Source: Takakia lepidozioides
Lineage: Eukaryota > Plantae > Bryophyta
Direction: 5' to 3'
Length of the DNA: 64,000 nucleotides
Assembly: GCA_030704615.1 (NCBI GenBank)
Contig: CM060733.1
Span: forward strand, 66,526,001 to 66,590,000
Below the pieces are notes generated by a model. The model was not told where the DNA came from. It saw only the letters and a program-made list of their open reading frames with translations, and ran no database searches. Positions within the stretch are counted from its first letter, which is position 1. Each line of letters begins with the position of its first letter. Made by a program: the position numbers and the translations under genes. Positions 13,170 to 25,939 of this stretch are shown here, one piece after another.

Positions 13170-16130
13170 CCCTCCTCTTGTTGTTCTTTGATTTCAAAAT
13201 GTACCTCACCAGCCCAGTCTGCCATGTATCAAGAAAACCTACCCCAGATTGCTTGTTTTTGATTGCAAACAGTACCACCAGCCCAGTCTACCATGTCATA
13301 ATGCAGCTGGATGGAAGCACGAAACAGTGTGAGGCAACAATTTCTGACCTTCTTTTATGCTTGTTCTTCATGTCAGAATGAACCAGACCAGGCCAGTATG
13401 TGGCCATCACACACACTTAGATGGATGCACGAAACAGTGTGCGCTGCCGCACACTGTTTGTGCCCCTGTAATTGGTTTCTTTCTAAGTCAAAATGTGTCA
13501 CACCAGGGCTGCCTGCCAAGTTCAAATCACACCAAAAAAGAAGCACAAAACAGTGTGCAGCAATGCACACTGTTTGTGCCCCCCACTTTGTTTTTTATTT
13601 GATGTCATAATGGGCCAAACATGGCCAGTCTGCCATGTTCAAAACTGATCTAGATGGAAGCACGAAACAGTGTGCGCCAACGCACACTATTTGTGCCCCC
13701 TAGTTTGCTTGTTTTTCTATGTCAAAATGTGTCACACCAGGGCTGTCTGTCATGTTCAAATCACACCTATATGGAAGCACAAAACAGTGTGCGGCAACGC
13801 ACACTATTTGTGCCCCCCTTTTTGGTTCTTTTCTGATGTCAAAAAATGCCACACAGGGCCAGTCTGCCATGTTCAAATCACACCAAGATGGAAGCACCAA
13901 ACAGTGTGCGGCAACGCACACTGTTTGTGCCCCCCTCTTTGCTTGTTTTTTGATTTCAAAATGGGCCACACATGGCATGTTTGCCATGTTCAAAACACCC
14001 CTAATTGGAAGAACAAACAGTGTGTGGCAACGCACACTGTTTGTGCCCCCATCTTTGCTTGTTTTTTGATGTCAAAATGGGTCACACATGGCTGCCTGCC
14101 AAGTTCAAATCACACCTATATGGAAGCACAAAACAGTGTGCGGGAACGCACACTGTTTGTGCCCCCCGCTTTGCTTTTTTTTTTAATGTCAAAATGGGCC
14201 AAACATGGCCAGTCTGCCATGTTCAAAACAGATCTAGATGGAAGCACGAAACAGTGTGCGGCAACGCATATTGTTTGGTCCCCCCACTTTGCTTGTTTTT
14301 CTTTCTCAAAATGTGTCACACCAGGGCTGTTTAGGGATTTTTTTTTTGATGTCAAAATGGGCCAAACATGGCCAGTCTGCTATGTTCAAAACAGATCTAG
14401 ATGGAAGCACGCAACAGTGTGCGGCAACGCACACTGTTTGTGCCCCCCACTTTGCTTGTTTTTCTTTCTCAAAATGTGTCACACCAGGGCTGTTTAGGGG
14501 ATTTTTTTTTTGATGTCAAAATGGGCCAAACATGGCCAGTCTGCCATGTTCAAAATAGATCTAGATGGAAGCACGAAACAGTGTGCGGCAACGCACACTG
14601 TTTGTGCCCCCCACTTTGCTTATTTTTCTTTCTCAAAATGTGTCACACCAGGGCTTAGGGATTTTTTTTTTAAATGTCAAAATGGGCCAAACATGGCCAG
14701 TCTGCCATGTTCAAAACAGATCTACATGGAAGCACAAAACAGTGTGCGGCAACGCACACTGTTTGTGCCCCCACTTTGCTTTTTTTTCAAAGGCAAAATG
14801 GGCCAAACATGGCCGGACTGCCATGTTCAAAACACATGTAGATTGAAGCATGAAACAATGTGCGGCAACGCCCACTGTTTGTGCCCCCTTTTTGGCTCTT
14901 TTCTGATGTCAAAAAATGCCATACAGGACCAGTCTGCCATGTTCAAATCACACCAGATGGAATCACCAAACAGTGTGCGTCAACGCACACTGTTTGTGCC
15001 CCCGTCTTTGCTTGTTTTTTGATGTGAAAATGCGCCACACTTGGCTACCTGCCAAGTTCAAATCGCACCTACATGGAAGCACAAAACAGTGTGCGGCAAC
15101 GCACACTGTTTGTGCCCCCCACTTTGCTTTTTTTTTAATGTCAAAATGGGCCAAACATGGCGAGTCTGCCATGTTCAAAACAGATCTAGATGGAAGCACG
15201 AAACAGTGTGTGGCAACGCACACTGTTTGTGCCCCCCACTTTGCTTGTTTTTCTATGTCAAAAATGGGTCACACCAGGGCTGTTTAGGGCTTTTTTTTTA
15301 ATGTCAAAATGGGCCAAACATGGCCAGTCTGCCATGTTCAAAACAGATCCACATGGAAGCACGAAAGAGTGTGCGGCAGCGCACACTGTTTGTGCCCCCC
15401 ACTTTGCTTGTTTTTCTATGTCAAAATGTGGCACACCAGGGCTGTTTAGGGTTTTTTTTTTTTTAATGTCAAAATGGGCCAAACATGGCCAGTCTGCGAT
15501 TTTCAAAATAGATCCACATGGAAGCACGAAAGAGTTTGTGGCAACGCACACTGTTTGTGCCCCCCCCCTTTGCTTGTTTTTCTATTTCAAAATGTGTCAC
15601 GCCAGGGCTGTTTAGGGATTTTTTTTTTATGTCAAAATGGGCCAAACATGGCCAGTCTGCCATGTTCAAATCAGATCTACATGGAAGTAGAAAACAGTGT
15701 GCGGCAACGCACACTGTTTGTGCCCCCATTTTGCTTTTTTTAAAGGCAAAATGGGCCAAACATGGCCAGTCTGCCATGTTCAAAACAGATGTAGATGGAA
15801 GCACGAAACAGTGTGCGGCAACACACACTGTTTGTGCCCCCCTCTTTATTTGTTTTTTATTTCAAAATTGGCCACACAGGGCCAGTCTGCCATGTTCAAA
15901 ACACCCCCAATTGGAAGCACGAAACAGTGTGCGGCAACGCATACTGTTTGTGCCCCCCACTTTGCTTGTGTTTTGATGAGAAAATGTGCCACACAGGGCC
16001 AGTCTGCCATGTTCAAAACACCCCCAATTGGAAGCACCAAACAGTGTGCGGTAACGTACACTGTTTGTGCTTCCCACTTTGCTTGTTTTTTGATGAGAAA
16101 ATGTGCCACACAGGGCCAGTCTGTCATGTC
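13170..16130. repeat. Tandem array of ~22 units (~116 or ~163 bp), each with the hairpin AAACAGTGTGCG-GCAA-CGCACACTGTTT
   Basis: Repeated CAAAATGGGCCAAACATGGCCAGTCTGCCATGTTCAAA...GGAAGCACGAAACAGTGTGCGGCAACGCACACTGTTTGTGCCCC. Starts just after a putative splice donor (AAAG|GTAC, ~13149) of acidic exon 12752-13148. Confidence 0.95.
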
Positions 16131-16512
16131 TCAGGCCTTTTGTATTTTATTCACCCAACTCTGTCTATCAGGCTCCAATCAACCTGTAAGCACAGAATAG
16201 TCACTCTGGTCTACATTTCTTGTATCCCCTGTCAAGTGTTCTATTTGGTTTGGAATGAACTCATTCAGTTCTCTCTCTTGCTTTAAACACAGACAAATGG
16301 AAGCTAGAAATAGAAAGCCAACTTGATTCTTTTTGAAACTTTGAAGCACATTTGAAGCCTTGTGAGAACACGGAAAGTGTGTGTGTTTGAAGCTCTATAC
16401 AGTGTTCGGCACCGCAACATTGTTTCTGACCTCTCTCTTATGTCAATTTGAATGAATATCCCCGACCCCATGATGAGGCCAATCCCAAGGACGATCGCGT
16501 ACTGAACTCTAA

Positions 16513-16524
16513 GCTCTGATACCA
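16513..16524 (-). promoter_or_regulatory. Primer-binding site, tRNA-iMet type (TGGTATCAGAGC)
   Basis: GCTCTGATACCA on the + strand, 2 nt from the LTR end. Confidence 0.9.
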
Positions 16525-16526
16525 AG

Positions 16527-17267
16527 TGTCGCGCACCTCACTTCGGTAAGCTCCCCTTCAAGTCATAGTTACTCGCTTTGATGCGCGCGCCTGACTCCCA
16601 ACCTGGCCGCCTGGGCCAACTTGGAGCTTCGGCTGCTCACCGGGACATAACGGTCCCCCCTTTGCTTCCCACTAAACCCTCCACCTATTTGGGCCTAGGA
16701 GAATTCCCTTTGGTAGATGGCAGTCCGGAACAGCTCCCCACTCTTTGGTCGCTTTCCGGCTCGCTCGCTTACTCACTAGTTTTTGGACCCCAACGGGTTT
16801 GCACCGTTCTCGGGGTTACTACTCCCTATATATACTTCTGTAGCTGTCCGCGGGGGTTTCACAACCAGCCATGCCATTTTATGGCGAACCACCACGAAAA
16901 CCCTCGACTCCCGGTGATGAGTCGCGGTGAGTCTTGGCCCGCTCACCACGGCCCCTATGGACCGTGATGAGTCCCAAGACTCCCCACGACTCCCACCACG
17001 AGGTCTCCGCCCCCATGGTGAGTCCTATGCCACCCCCACTAAGTCCCGCTAAGCTACCACCACCCCTTGTGGAGCCACCCCCACCGCAACCGGTGTGCGG
17101 GGCTCCACCTAGTGAGCGCCTCCGCTTCCCTGAGTGCCTTGGGCACTCAAGGGTGCTTCAGCCCCCCATACCTATTGCTGCCGCTGCCCCCACCATAGGG
17201 GCAGCCCCTCATGTGTCCCGACCCCCTGCCCTCAAGGCAAAGGGCCGCGACACCACCCCTACCGACA
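16527..17267 (-). mobile_element. 5' LTR (~741 bp) of a Met-primed LTR retrotransposon; internal region almost entirely lost
   Basis: TGTCG...CGACA inverted termini and adjacent PBS; abuts the CACTA transposase exon on the right. Confidence 0.8.
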
Positions 17268-18343
17268 AGTAGGAAGGCACTTCAATGGATGTGTTGAAAA
17301 GAGAATGGCACCAAATGCTGTGACAGCGGAGGGGACATTGCAATTTGCAAAGGAGAAAGAGGCGTTCATGGAGATTGGAGGGAGAGAAGGAAGTAGTGCG
17401 GATCCAGCCATGGAGTACGGGGTGAAACGCCGGACAATCCTTTGGGATTTGCCATACTGGAAGGTGCATGAATCCCCCCCCCCCCATTCACTCACTTTCT
17501 TTCACATTGTGCTTCCTGGAATTACCTTTACTGTCAGGAGTCCTGCCACCAACTCCTAAGTCAGTGTAACTTCTATGCAGTAGATGTTGAAGTCGTACAC
17601 CTCACTGTGGAGAGGATCGTGCAGTTGTTGAAAGCAGAATGTAGTAACATGGACAACTTCTGCCACATATTCTACTATTTTTGCCCATAGAACTTGGTCT
17701 CATGGGAGGACATCTGGCATTTCAGAACCTCTTGCAGCGGTACCTCCTGGACCCCATGCATTGTGAGAAGAACTTCTGCGAGAACATTCTGAAGACAATC
17801 TTTGGGGAGAAGGATACGATAAACGTACGAAATGACATGGAGATTGAAGGGATACGGTCACATCTGTGGCTAAGGCCTGATCCAAATAGACCTCGCAAAG
17901 TGCTCATGCCAGCAGCATCATACGTCCTGACCAAATCAGAGCAAGAGCATTTTTTGAAGACATTGGGAGCCATGAAAGTGCCAACCGGATTCTCGGGTGC
18001 TTTCCAAAAGCATGCCATAAACAAGAAATGGTCGGGGATGAAGTCACATGATCTACACGTGATGATGCAGCAGATTTTGCCAGTGTGCATTCGGGGTACG
18101 ATGGTGCCGGGTCCTCGAACAGCCATAATGCGTGTAAGTCGAGTGTTTAGGAAGATTTGTGCGAAGGTATGGGATCCGAGGGACATTACATCGTTGCATG
18201 AGGATGTGGCTATGACCCTATGTTTGCTGGAGAAAGAATTCCCTCCATCATTCTTTGACGTCATGACGCACTTGCTAGTGCATCTTGTAGAGGAGCTGCA
18301 TGTGTGTGGGCCCGTAGCCAGCCGTTGGATGTACCCCATGGAG
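17268..18343 (+). pseudogene. CACTA/En-Spm TNP2-like transposase fragment (DUF4218 region)
   Basis: GVKRRTILWDLPYWK | intron 17464-17725 (GT..AG) | LDPMHCEKN...GMKSHDLHV...FPPSFFDVMTHLLVHL...GPVASRWMYPMER. Cut by insertions on both sides. Confidence 0.92.
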
Positions 18344-18360
18344 AGGGGGGTTGCTATTCC
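18344..18360 (+). repeat. Putative transposon terminus AGGGGGGTTGCTATTCC
   Basis: Begins exactly where CACTA homology stops (MYPMER|); identical 17-mer at 26741-26757. Confidence 0.7.
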
Positions 18361-18956
18361 ATATGCACAGGTTGCGTGCATGCATGCACAAAATCCCTTA
18401 TTATATATGCATGTGACAAATTTGTATGCACACATTGTAGATTGTATGCAGTGGAGTTATATAACATAGAATACGACGTATTTATTGCATATGCAAATGT
18501 TACATCATATGTATATAGAAAAAAATAAAATAAAAATCTTAGCTAACAAAATCAGTAGTCAATGGTCAAAGATGCATGTGACCACTAACTCCAACTAATG
18601 CACCACCTTAAACTGAAGAGAATAAAAGACCCCTGGCCAAAGTAATAGTTTGCAAACTTGTATTCAAGGAAAACAGTTTCATATTAACCAAAATATGGAC
18701 TTTTGTACTAACAAATGCATGTGTCATGTTTGGAACCACCACATTGCATGTCTGTTTGTAATGCCAAGCAGTTCTATAATTTGAAAACTTGTATGACAGG
18801 TACACAAGTTCCATTTTAACCAAAATAGGAACTTTTGTACTAACAAATGCTATGTGTCATGTTTGGAATAAAGTAGTAACAAGATAATTACATGTCACAT
18901 GCATGAAAATGAACGGCACAAGTTAGAGGTTCTTTTTTTGTGCATTTCACGTGTCA

Positions 18957-21900
18957 CTAAGAAGTTGAACTAGGGTCCTTCTTTAGCATAGCCCTAACCT
19001 CTAACTGGCTAAGGGAAGGTTGGTGGATCTCATAAGCCCCGGCGCATCCTAGATGCATGTTGTACATGAAGTACATGTGCTTACAAGGTAGATATGTTTG
19101 TTTTTTCTTCTTGACAGATAGCTCATCAAAGTCGGGACAATCACAAGATGGAAACTGACCAATGTATACATTGTAAACCAATCCTGCTCTGGTAGATCCC
19201 TCTGTTTGTAGCTGGTAAATTCTCCCATAACCTGGCTGAGGCACGTTTCTGAATCCACGAACCTCAGCAATAAGAGTCTCCGCTGACTCTTGGCGACTCA
19301 AGTGTCGAGGAGTCGGATCCCGACGCCGAATGCGCACCCCATAGCGTGTAGTGGGATACTTACCCACAGGAAGGACAACACCTTGATGCATATGTTGTTC
19401 CACTGGAAGTGGTCCCACAGGAAAAATCGGATCAGGAACGCTGGGAGGATGGACTAGTCGAAAACCTGTAAGGGTCAAGTTGTCCACCTCTTCTTGTGTA
19501 AGGTTGGTTCCAACCTTCACAGGCCACACGTTAGGTATACCCGGTTTTCCCAAGCAATAGGATGGCACGGTCCCTCCAACACACGACAAAACATCTGTGG
19601 GGCAAAACCAAAAAACTTGCAGTTTTGGTTCTTTCATGTTCGGTGCTAGTAACTTGCCAGTAAAGCAAGGTGCAGGACTTCCTTTACCTTTCCTGATGAG
19701 CGCTTTGCATTTATCTTTGGAAACTCCAACCAAGGCAGAACAACGAACCATGGAAGCAGGACCTGTCCGCTGAATCCTGAACAATGCATCGGAAAAGTCT
19801 TGTGTCTCTCTCACTGGATTTCCCCATTGCATTGGCTGAGGAGGGATAGCAACATGTGGATTTGTCTCACAGAAAGTCGAAGAACTAGGAATGTCATGAC
19901 TTGATTTGGAGCTGACGAACCTAGATGGCTGGTGTGGACTGGGCATCCCAGTGGCGCGCACTGGAACAGTCTTTACATTCATATCACACCTCCAAGATTC
20001 GTTTGGCCCACCATGCTCATCGCCTAACTTGCATTTGACTGGAATAGTGCGAATGTCTCCCTCCAATTGAACCCCCCTTGTGTGCATGGGTGTTCCAACT
20101 ACTATGCCACGTACAACCTTACCCATTTTTGCTGGGCTATTAGATCTAGCTGCTTGACGCAACATGAGCTCCTCTTTGTCGGGCCCCATCCCCCATGTCT
20201 TTCCTGTGGTGTGCCTGTAAAATGTTGCCTGCTGCAAAAGAGCTCGTGACATGTCATGCATGGTGGCCTCATATAGATCCACCTTCATTTTTTTCCCATT
20301 GCCTGCTGTCTTCCACCAAGCAGAATGGACTGCCTCAGACAAATTAGTGGTAGGCATATCTGCATCTGCCTCCACATCCATGTCCTCTCTCATCCATTGG
20401 CCCCACATTCAATATCTGTAGTGCCACCATGCAAGCCATGAATCTAGTTTTGGCAGACTCTTTTCTGTGCATGCTCCTGAAGAGAGCCACCAAGCCCGAA
20501 TTGCAATGTATGTGGTTGTAGCATCCTCCAAGGTAGCACTATCTTTCCATTCATAACAGAGCTGAGTGTGCCTTTCACGGAAGTCCTCCAAGATATAGTC
20601 GTTGGTGTGTCTTCGGAGGCTTTCAGCCCAATGATATAAACATGTTCTTTCTTTACCTTCCATTGGGACATTGGGATCAGATCCATAAACCCTTCGAACA
20701 GCAGCCCAATTCGCTCCTGCTGCATCCGCCATGAAGCCAGCAAAATTTGGTTTGTTCAAGCCAGCAAGTTTTGCTTGTTCATTGATCATCTCCCAGAATA
20801 ACACCTGAGCATCTGCATCCTCTGTTTTCATATCGCAAATGGCAATGGTCATCATTCGCTTGACATATGGTTCATAGACATGACACGCAAGAGTTGTCCA
20901 ATCCTTGATGCGTTTGACATGGTCAAATACTACCCAACTTGTGCGTAGATCCCCCTCACTCATGCGACACACAAGATCAACACCACTCCCGGGACCAGCA
21001 ACAGACATCTTGAAAACATGGGGGAGATGAGAAGTATGCTGGCCTGGAAGGAGATTGCTGTGAATGAAATGGTATGTACTCAGACGCTTCAACTCCAATA
21101 TGGACATGATGGAATTGACACGTGCAGATGCGACCTTGTTTTTCACATTGGGGCTACAAACATGGGCAAACTCTTCAAGAATATCTTCCAAAGTCTCTCC
21201 CTCAAGACGTACTGTCTCTGTGCCATCAGCCACAAGAACTCAATCAATCAAGAGCTTTTGGGCCATTGACAAGGAAATAGCTCCCGGGGTCGACCATGGC
21301 TTCATCTTAACGTGTACTTGAATCATGCTTGATGCATTTTCCGCAGCCTCTCTATTCTCGCCCTTGGCACATGGATGGTTATGAAACCCAACGTGAACTG
21401 CAACACGTGTATATGTTGGAAGGGAACTTGTGACATGGTACATTCTTGCCCCACAATGCGCCTCACAGAAAGGTCTTTCTTTGCAGAAACTACACTTGAA
21501 CTGGTTGAATGGAACTTGGGCTCCTGCAATGAACACCTTGTCTGCATTGCCTTCCCAATAGCGGTCATTCCGTTCTCCTTCTTTCTTGAAGAAGGGGCAA
21601 GTGCTGCTTTGACATATGAGCTTTCCAACACAAAGAACCTTACTACATTTCACATGATCTGGAACACCAGACATATTGTAGGTAATGGTCTTGCACCAAG
21701 GATGACCATCAAACTTGCGGTCCATGCCTTGGAGGGACTGTGAACCACGGTCCGGACGTAGTTTGACCACTGGGGGGAGTTCGTGGATCACTTTTCCATC
21801 AAAAGCTCGAGGAAGACACCGAACACGATGCACTAGAATGTGACTATAGTCCAAGGTAAAAAGCTCTCCTTTTGATCCATTCCTCCGAGCAATGGCCAAG

Positions 21901-22499
21901 ATACTCAAAATGGACAACACACCAGAAGGAAATGCAGATGTAGCCTCCCCTGCTAGTCGTGGAGATGAAGATAAACCCCTCGCAGATTCGCAACAATCAG
22001 ACGTGGTGTTGTCCAATGGAGTTTTCCGAGGCTTCATGTCGTGAAGCAAGACCGTATGAGCAGATGAGGAAGGTTGAGATCCACAAAATACACTCTTAGA
22101 AACCTCAACACAATCCGAATTATGAGACCCCAAGCTCGCCGAATCTGCAACCTCCTCCTTCAATTTACAACTCCCATTTGTCGCAGCTTGATCGTTCTTT
22201 CTTGCAATAGAAGTGTGCCTCTCATCATGTGACTGTGTATAGCTCGTACTTGTGACACGGTACTTGGAGAAAGTGTCTGGAAACAACTCCCATTGCTTTT
22301 GGCCGTCATTGAAAACTGGAAGCAACACTGTGGAGGCATCATCATCTCCATCATCCTCCAAAAAAACTGAACCCGGAACAAGTTTGAATCTATTGCATAA
22401 CCAAGGTTCTGGGATAATGCACTTGTTTCCATTGCAAGGATAACGAACCACTTTTGCATCAGGTGGACATGAAAGCACTGCATATTTTGGTGTAGACAT
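18957..22499 (-). pseudogene. MULE-like DDE transposase (~1,180 codons) with GCM-like Zn domain and C-terminal SWIM; two in-frame TGA stops
   Basis: Three ORFs share one frame, separated by TGA at 21240-42 and 20409-11. Motifs: DGHPWCKT..CVGKLIC..HVGFHNHP (GCM-like); VVFDHVK, FMADAA, RTCLYHW, TTNLSE (D-D-CxxH-E); CDCPDF..PCKH (SWIM). Confidence 0.88.
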
Positions 22500-23160
22500 T
22501 TGGCAATGCCCTCAAAGTTTGAGAGAAGATGCAAAATGAATGAAAGCGCACATCTTGCAAGACCTTATGCAAATACATTAAATGGCTTACATTACTTATG
22601 TGTATCATCAATCCAGAAGGTCCAAATTTTTTGAGGCATGTGCTCCATCCATATTATTCTCTGACAGAAACAACTAAATGGACTATCCCCTATTTTTAAG
22701 ACGACGGCGCCGTTGTTGAGATCTTAGAATCCAATGTACTGCCTTCTTCTTATGAGCATATGAAACATAAATGCTCTGCATGTTTCCATTTATTTTACAA
22801 CCAATCGTTGATTAATCGTCCAACTATGAACTGACACACTAGACGGCACAATTTATTTACAATCAAATCCCATGACATGTATGTTGATTTGTTCTTTGAT
22901 TACACATGTATGAGTAATGAGTACAAGTATTTGTGGCGACAATTGGCTCTAAAACCAATAAATTGATTAAGACACCCATAACAAAATATTTTATCACTTA
23001 CTTTATATTGTATTATGAAGGCGCCGCCACAAAGTAACATGTCAATCGTACAACCATCTTCTGAGGATCCACGTGTAACCCATGTAGTCCAAAATACACT
23101 AACGCCAGAGTGTATAAAAAATGTTCACATTTCAGATTTGGCCAATTTGGCCTTTTTAAG

Positions 23161-23270
23161 GCCTTAGCCTTCGCTAAGGCCCCCCTTTCCCCCCGCTCTC
23201 CTTGGCGGGGGCAGGTTTGAACCCGCAACCTAGTGGAAAATACACCACAACCTTACCAACAAGCCATGCT
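23161..23270 (-). other. tRNA-derived Pol III promoter-like segment (SINE head-like) with downstream hairpin
   Basis: Minus strand: A-box-like TGGCTTGTTGG (23256-66), B-box GGTTCAAACC (23214-23), ~32 nt apart; hairpin GCCTTAGC-N4-GCTAAGGC at 23161-80. Confidence 0.4.
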
Positions 23271-23719
23271 CTATTCAATGAAACAACCTCTACTTTTTTG
23301 TTAATAAACTGTTTCTTTTCAGTTAAACTTGTTGCCATTACTACATGACTAACCCGATATCATTACTACACTAACGTAGTCTAGTATACTTGCACATTAT
23401 CCCTTGCCACTCCCCCAAACAAACACACACAAACTACACAAGCACTTAACACGTCTCTAGTCTCTACACCCTGGAGACTCCCGTTGCGAAGAGGAGACGG
23501 AGGCGCCGCATCTCGGCCTTATACTATACCACCCCGAGGCAACGAGCTGTTGCGGCGATGGGGAGGAAGAAGGACACTCGAGGGGAGGCGTTGCTGGTGG
23601 TGGTGGTGGTAGAGGCAAGCTGCGGACGGAGAAGGTAAGCTGTAGTTTTGTTTTTTTTCATGACCTGCACTTAGGCATATGCGCCATCGCATAAGCCCCA
23701 CCAAGCTGCTCCTTATCTA

Positions 23720-24450
23720 GCACATCCGCCGGCGCAGATGCCTAAGTCACTTCAAGTCTCACAAGTTTGCGAATCTCCACACATACACACAACCGTCTCC
23801 GCCGGCGGAGACAACTCATTCCCCTTGGTTTTTTCTGATGCTTGGAAGGGCTGGGCTGCCACCTCCGCCGGCGCATACCGTTGGAGCTGGGATGCTCGCA
23901 TGTTTCAGGAAGTGCTCCTCTACTCCCATCCCGTTTATTTTTTTGCATGCTCATACGTTGCTGATGCTCCGAGCGGGTTGGGCTGGCGTATCCGCTGGCG
24001 CATACCTGTGCAGCAGGGCTGCTCAAATGTTTCAGGAAATTCTCCCCTTTTCCATCTTCTTTGTTTTTCCGCATTCTGATGCTCCGAGTGGGCTGCGCTG
24101 GCATATCCGCCGGCGCATACCCATTGAGTACATTCTTTTTTGCTCAGATCATAGGTTTCAGGAACCTCCTGCAAGCGTCTCCACCGGCGGAGACACTTGG
24201 AGCTTGGTTTTTTTTGCATATTCCCTGTGTTACGGAAGCTCCAAAGCGCCAAGGCTGCCACCTCTGTCAACACAGACTCGTGCAGCAGGGCTGCTCACAT
24301 ATTTCAGGAAGTTCTCCCCCCCTTCCATCTCTTTTGTTTCTCCGCATTCTCATAAGTTGTTGATGCTTCGAGCGGGCTGGGCTGCCATATCCGCCAGCGC
24401 ATACCCATTGAGCACAATCTTTTTTTGCTTAGCTCCTAGGTTTCAGGAAC
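23720..24450. repeat. Degenerate tandem repeats built on CCGCCGGCG(C/G)A
   Basis: About 7 motif copies; repeated GATGCTCCGAGCGGG..GCTGGC.TATCCGC.GGCGCATACC and TTTCAGGAA blocks; perfect palindrome GTCTCCGCCGGCGGAGAC at 23795-23812. Confidence 0.75.
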
Positions 24451-24453
24451 CTC

Positions 24454-25922
24454 TAGCACGACGTGCATTATTAGCCGCACAACTAGCTGCATCGGCACCG
24501 CCTAATTTACCCCAAATTGCACTTCCTATCGTACCTATTGTACCATCTATCGTACTAGCACCAATGGTTGTTGTACCAATTGGGGTTAATTTACAGTCGA
24601 TACCGGTGGTGGTGAACCTGGAGGTCTGGATGATAGACCAGTCAATGTCTCGCCTATGCCCCAGTTCACAGGACTCTAGGGATCCGACGCCAATCGGCAC
24701 TTAGCCCAATTCATAACAACGTGTATTGCTAACAACGCTAGAACAGAAGGCTGGTGGCAACAGATGTTCCCTGCTACATTGCATGAATTAGCTTTTCAAT
24801 GGTATGATCGTCAACCTCATGGCAGCTTTGCTGATTGGAATGCCCTAAAGACAACCTTTTTTACTCAATTCAGGCCCTTGGGTTTTACCGACCGGTTGCG
24901 TGAGCAATTGACCAAGCTCCATATGGTAGAAGGGGAATCAGTTGGCTCCTCTGCACGACGATTGGAATATATCCTCCGGTGATGGAATAACCATAACATC
25001 CCTGACCATGTGCAGATGGACCTCTTTGTGGAAGGACTGATGCCACAGGAATTGAAGCGATTTGTAAAGAAGGGACACCGGCCAATCTCCAAGCAGCCCT
25101 CAATCGAGCTAAATTATGGGAAACTATTAATGTTTCCACCTATTCAGTGGCGCCCATGATGTTTGATACTAATTCTTGGGTATTTCACCAACAATGATGC
25201 CATCAGCCATAGTTTCATCCCCTCAAACTACTGTGGGAATGTATGCCCCTGCGTCCTTACAGAATCAGTTGCCGGCTGGTATAATAATTGACCCACAAGA
25301 ATGACAGATTGCTGCCCTCACTAAGCGGATGGAAGAGCGCTCCGTGCAATTGGCCTCTAAGCGAGAGGGAAGGCCTAAGCCAAATAATCAGAGGGCCAAT
25401 ATGTGGTGTTCTACATGACAAGTCCAGGGCCATCTTGCCAATGAGTGTCCATTGAACCCAGTGACCAACCCTATTAATGGAACCGGTGTTAAATGCGGCT
25501 ACTGTGGCAAGACAGGGCATCTGATATTGCAGTGTTGGCATTTGTAATCGGCTATGGGACTGTCGCCAGCCAATAATAATCGCAAAACGAAATGGGACGT
25601 CAATCAGGTTGGATTGTCAACAGCATCTGCGATGCAGACTATGCCTGCACAATGGCCAGAGTCCTCTCCCCAAAATCAACCGCCTTGGCGACCAACCCGT
25701 GGGCCACAGAGTTGGTATCAGCCGACAAATCAGCCTGTTAGACCACAAAGAGGAATACCGCCCCAAGGCGCTTATGGACAATCCTATGGAAGCAATCAGC
25801 AACAACAGATATACTCTCAGCAGTTTAATCCGGCCTATTGACCGCCTGCAAGGCGATTAAGGAACGGCCAATACCTTGTCTGCTATCGATGTCATGAGAT
25901 GGGGCACATTGCAAATGAGTGT
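24454..25922 (+). pseudogene. gag: Gypsy (Athila-like) gag fragment
   Basis: MFPATLHELAFQWYDRQP...QFRPLGF (Retrotrans_gag-like); knuckles CGYCGKTGHLILQC and CYRCHEMGHIANEC; homologous to 56659-57197; frameshifted. Confidence 0.85.
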
Positions 25923-25939
25923 TTTTTTTTTTTTTTTTT

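Noticed and set aside
13170-16130. CRISPR-like array of regularly spaced palindromes
   Set aside because: The intervening sequences are homologous to one another rather than unique spacers, there are no cas genes, and the context is eukaryotic.
13311-16286. Many Cys-rich ORFs (CGNAHCLCP repeats)
   Set aside because: Translations of the tandem repeat in several frames, with poly-T length changes breaking frame.
23838-24704. 288-aa hydrophobic ORF
   Set aside because: Spans a minisatellite and the start of a gag fragment; not a coherent gene.
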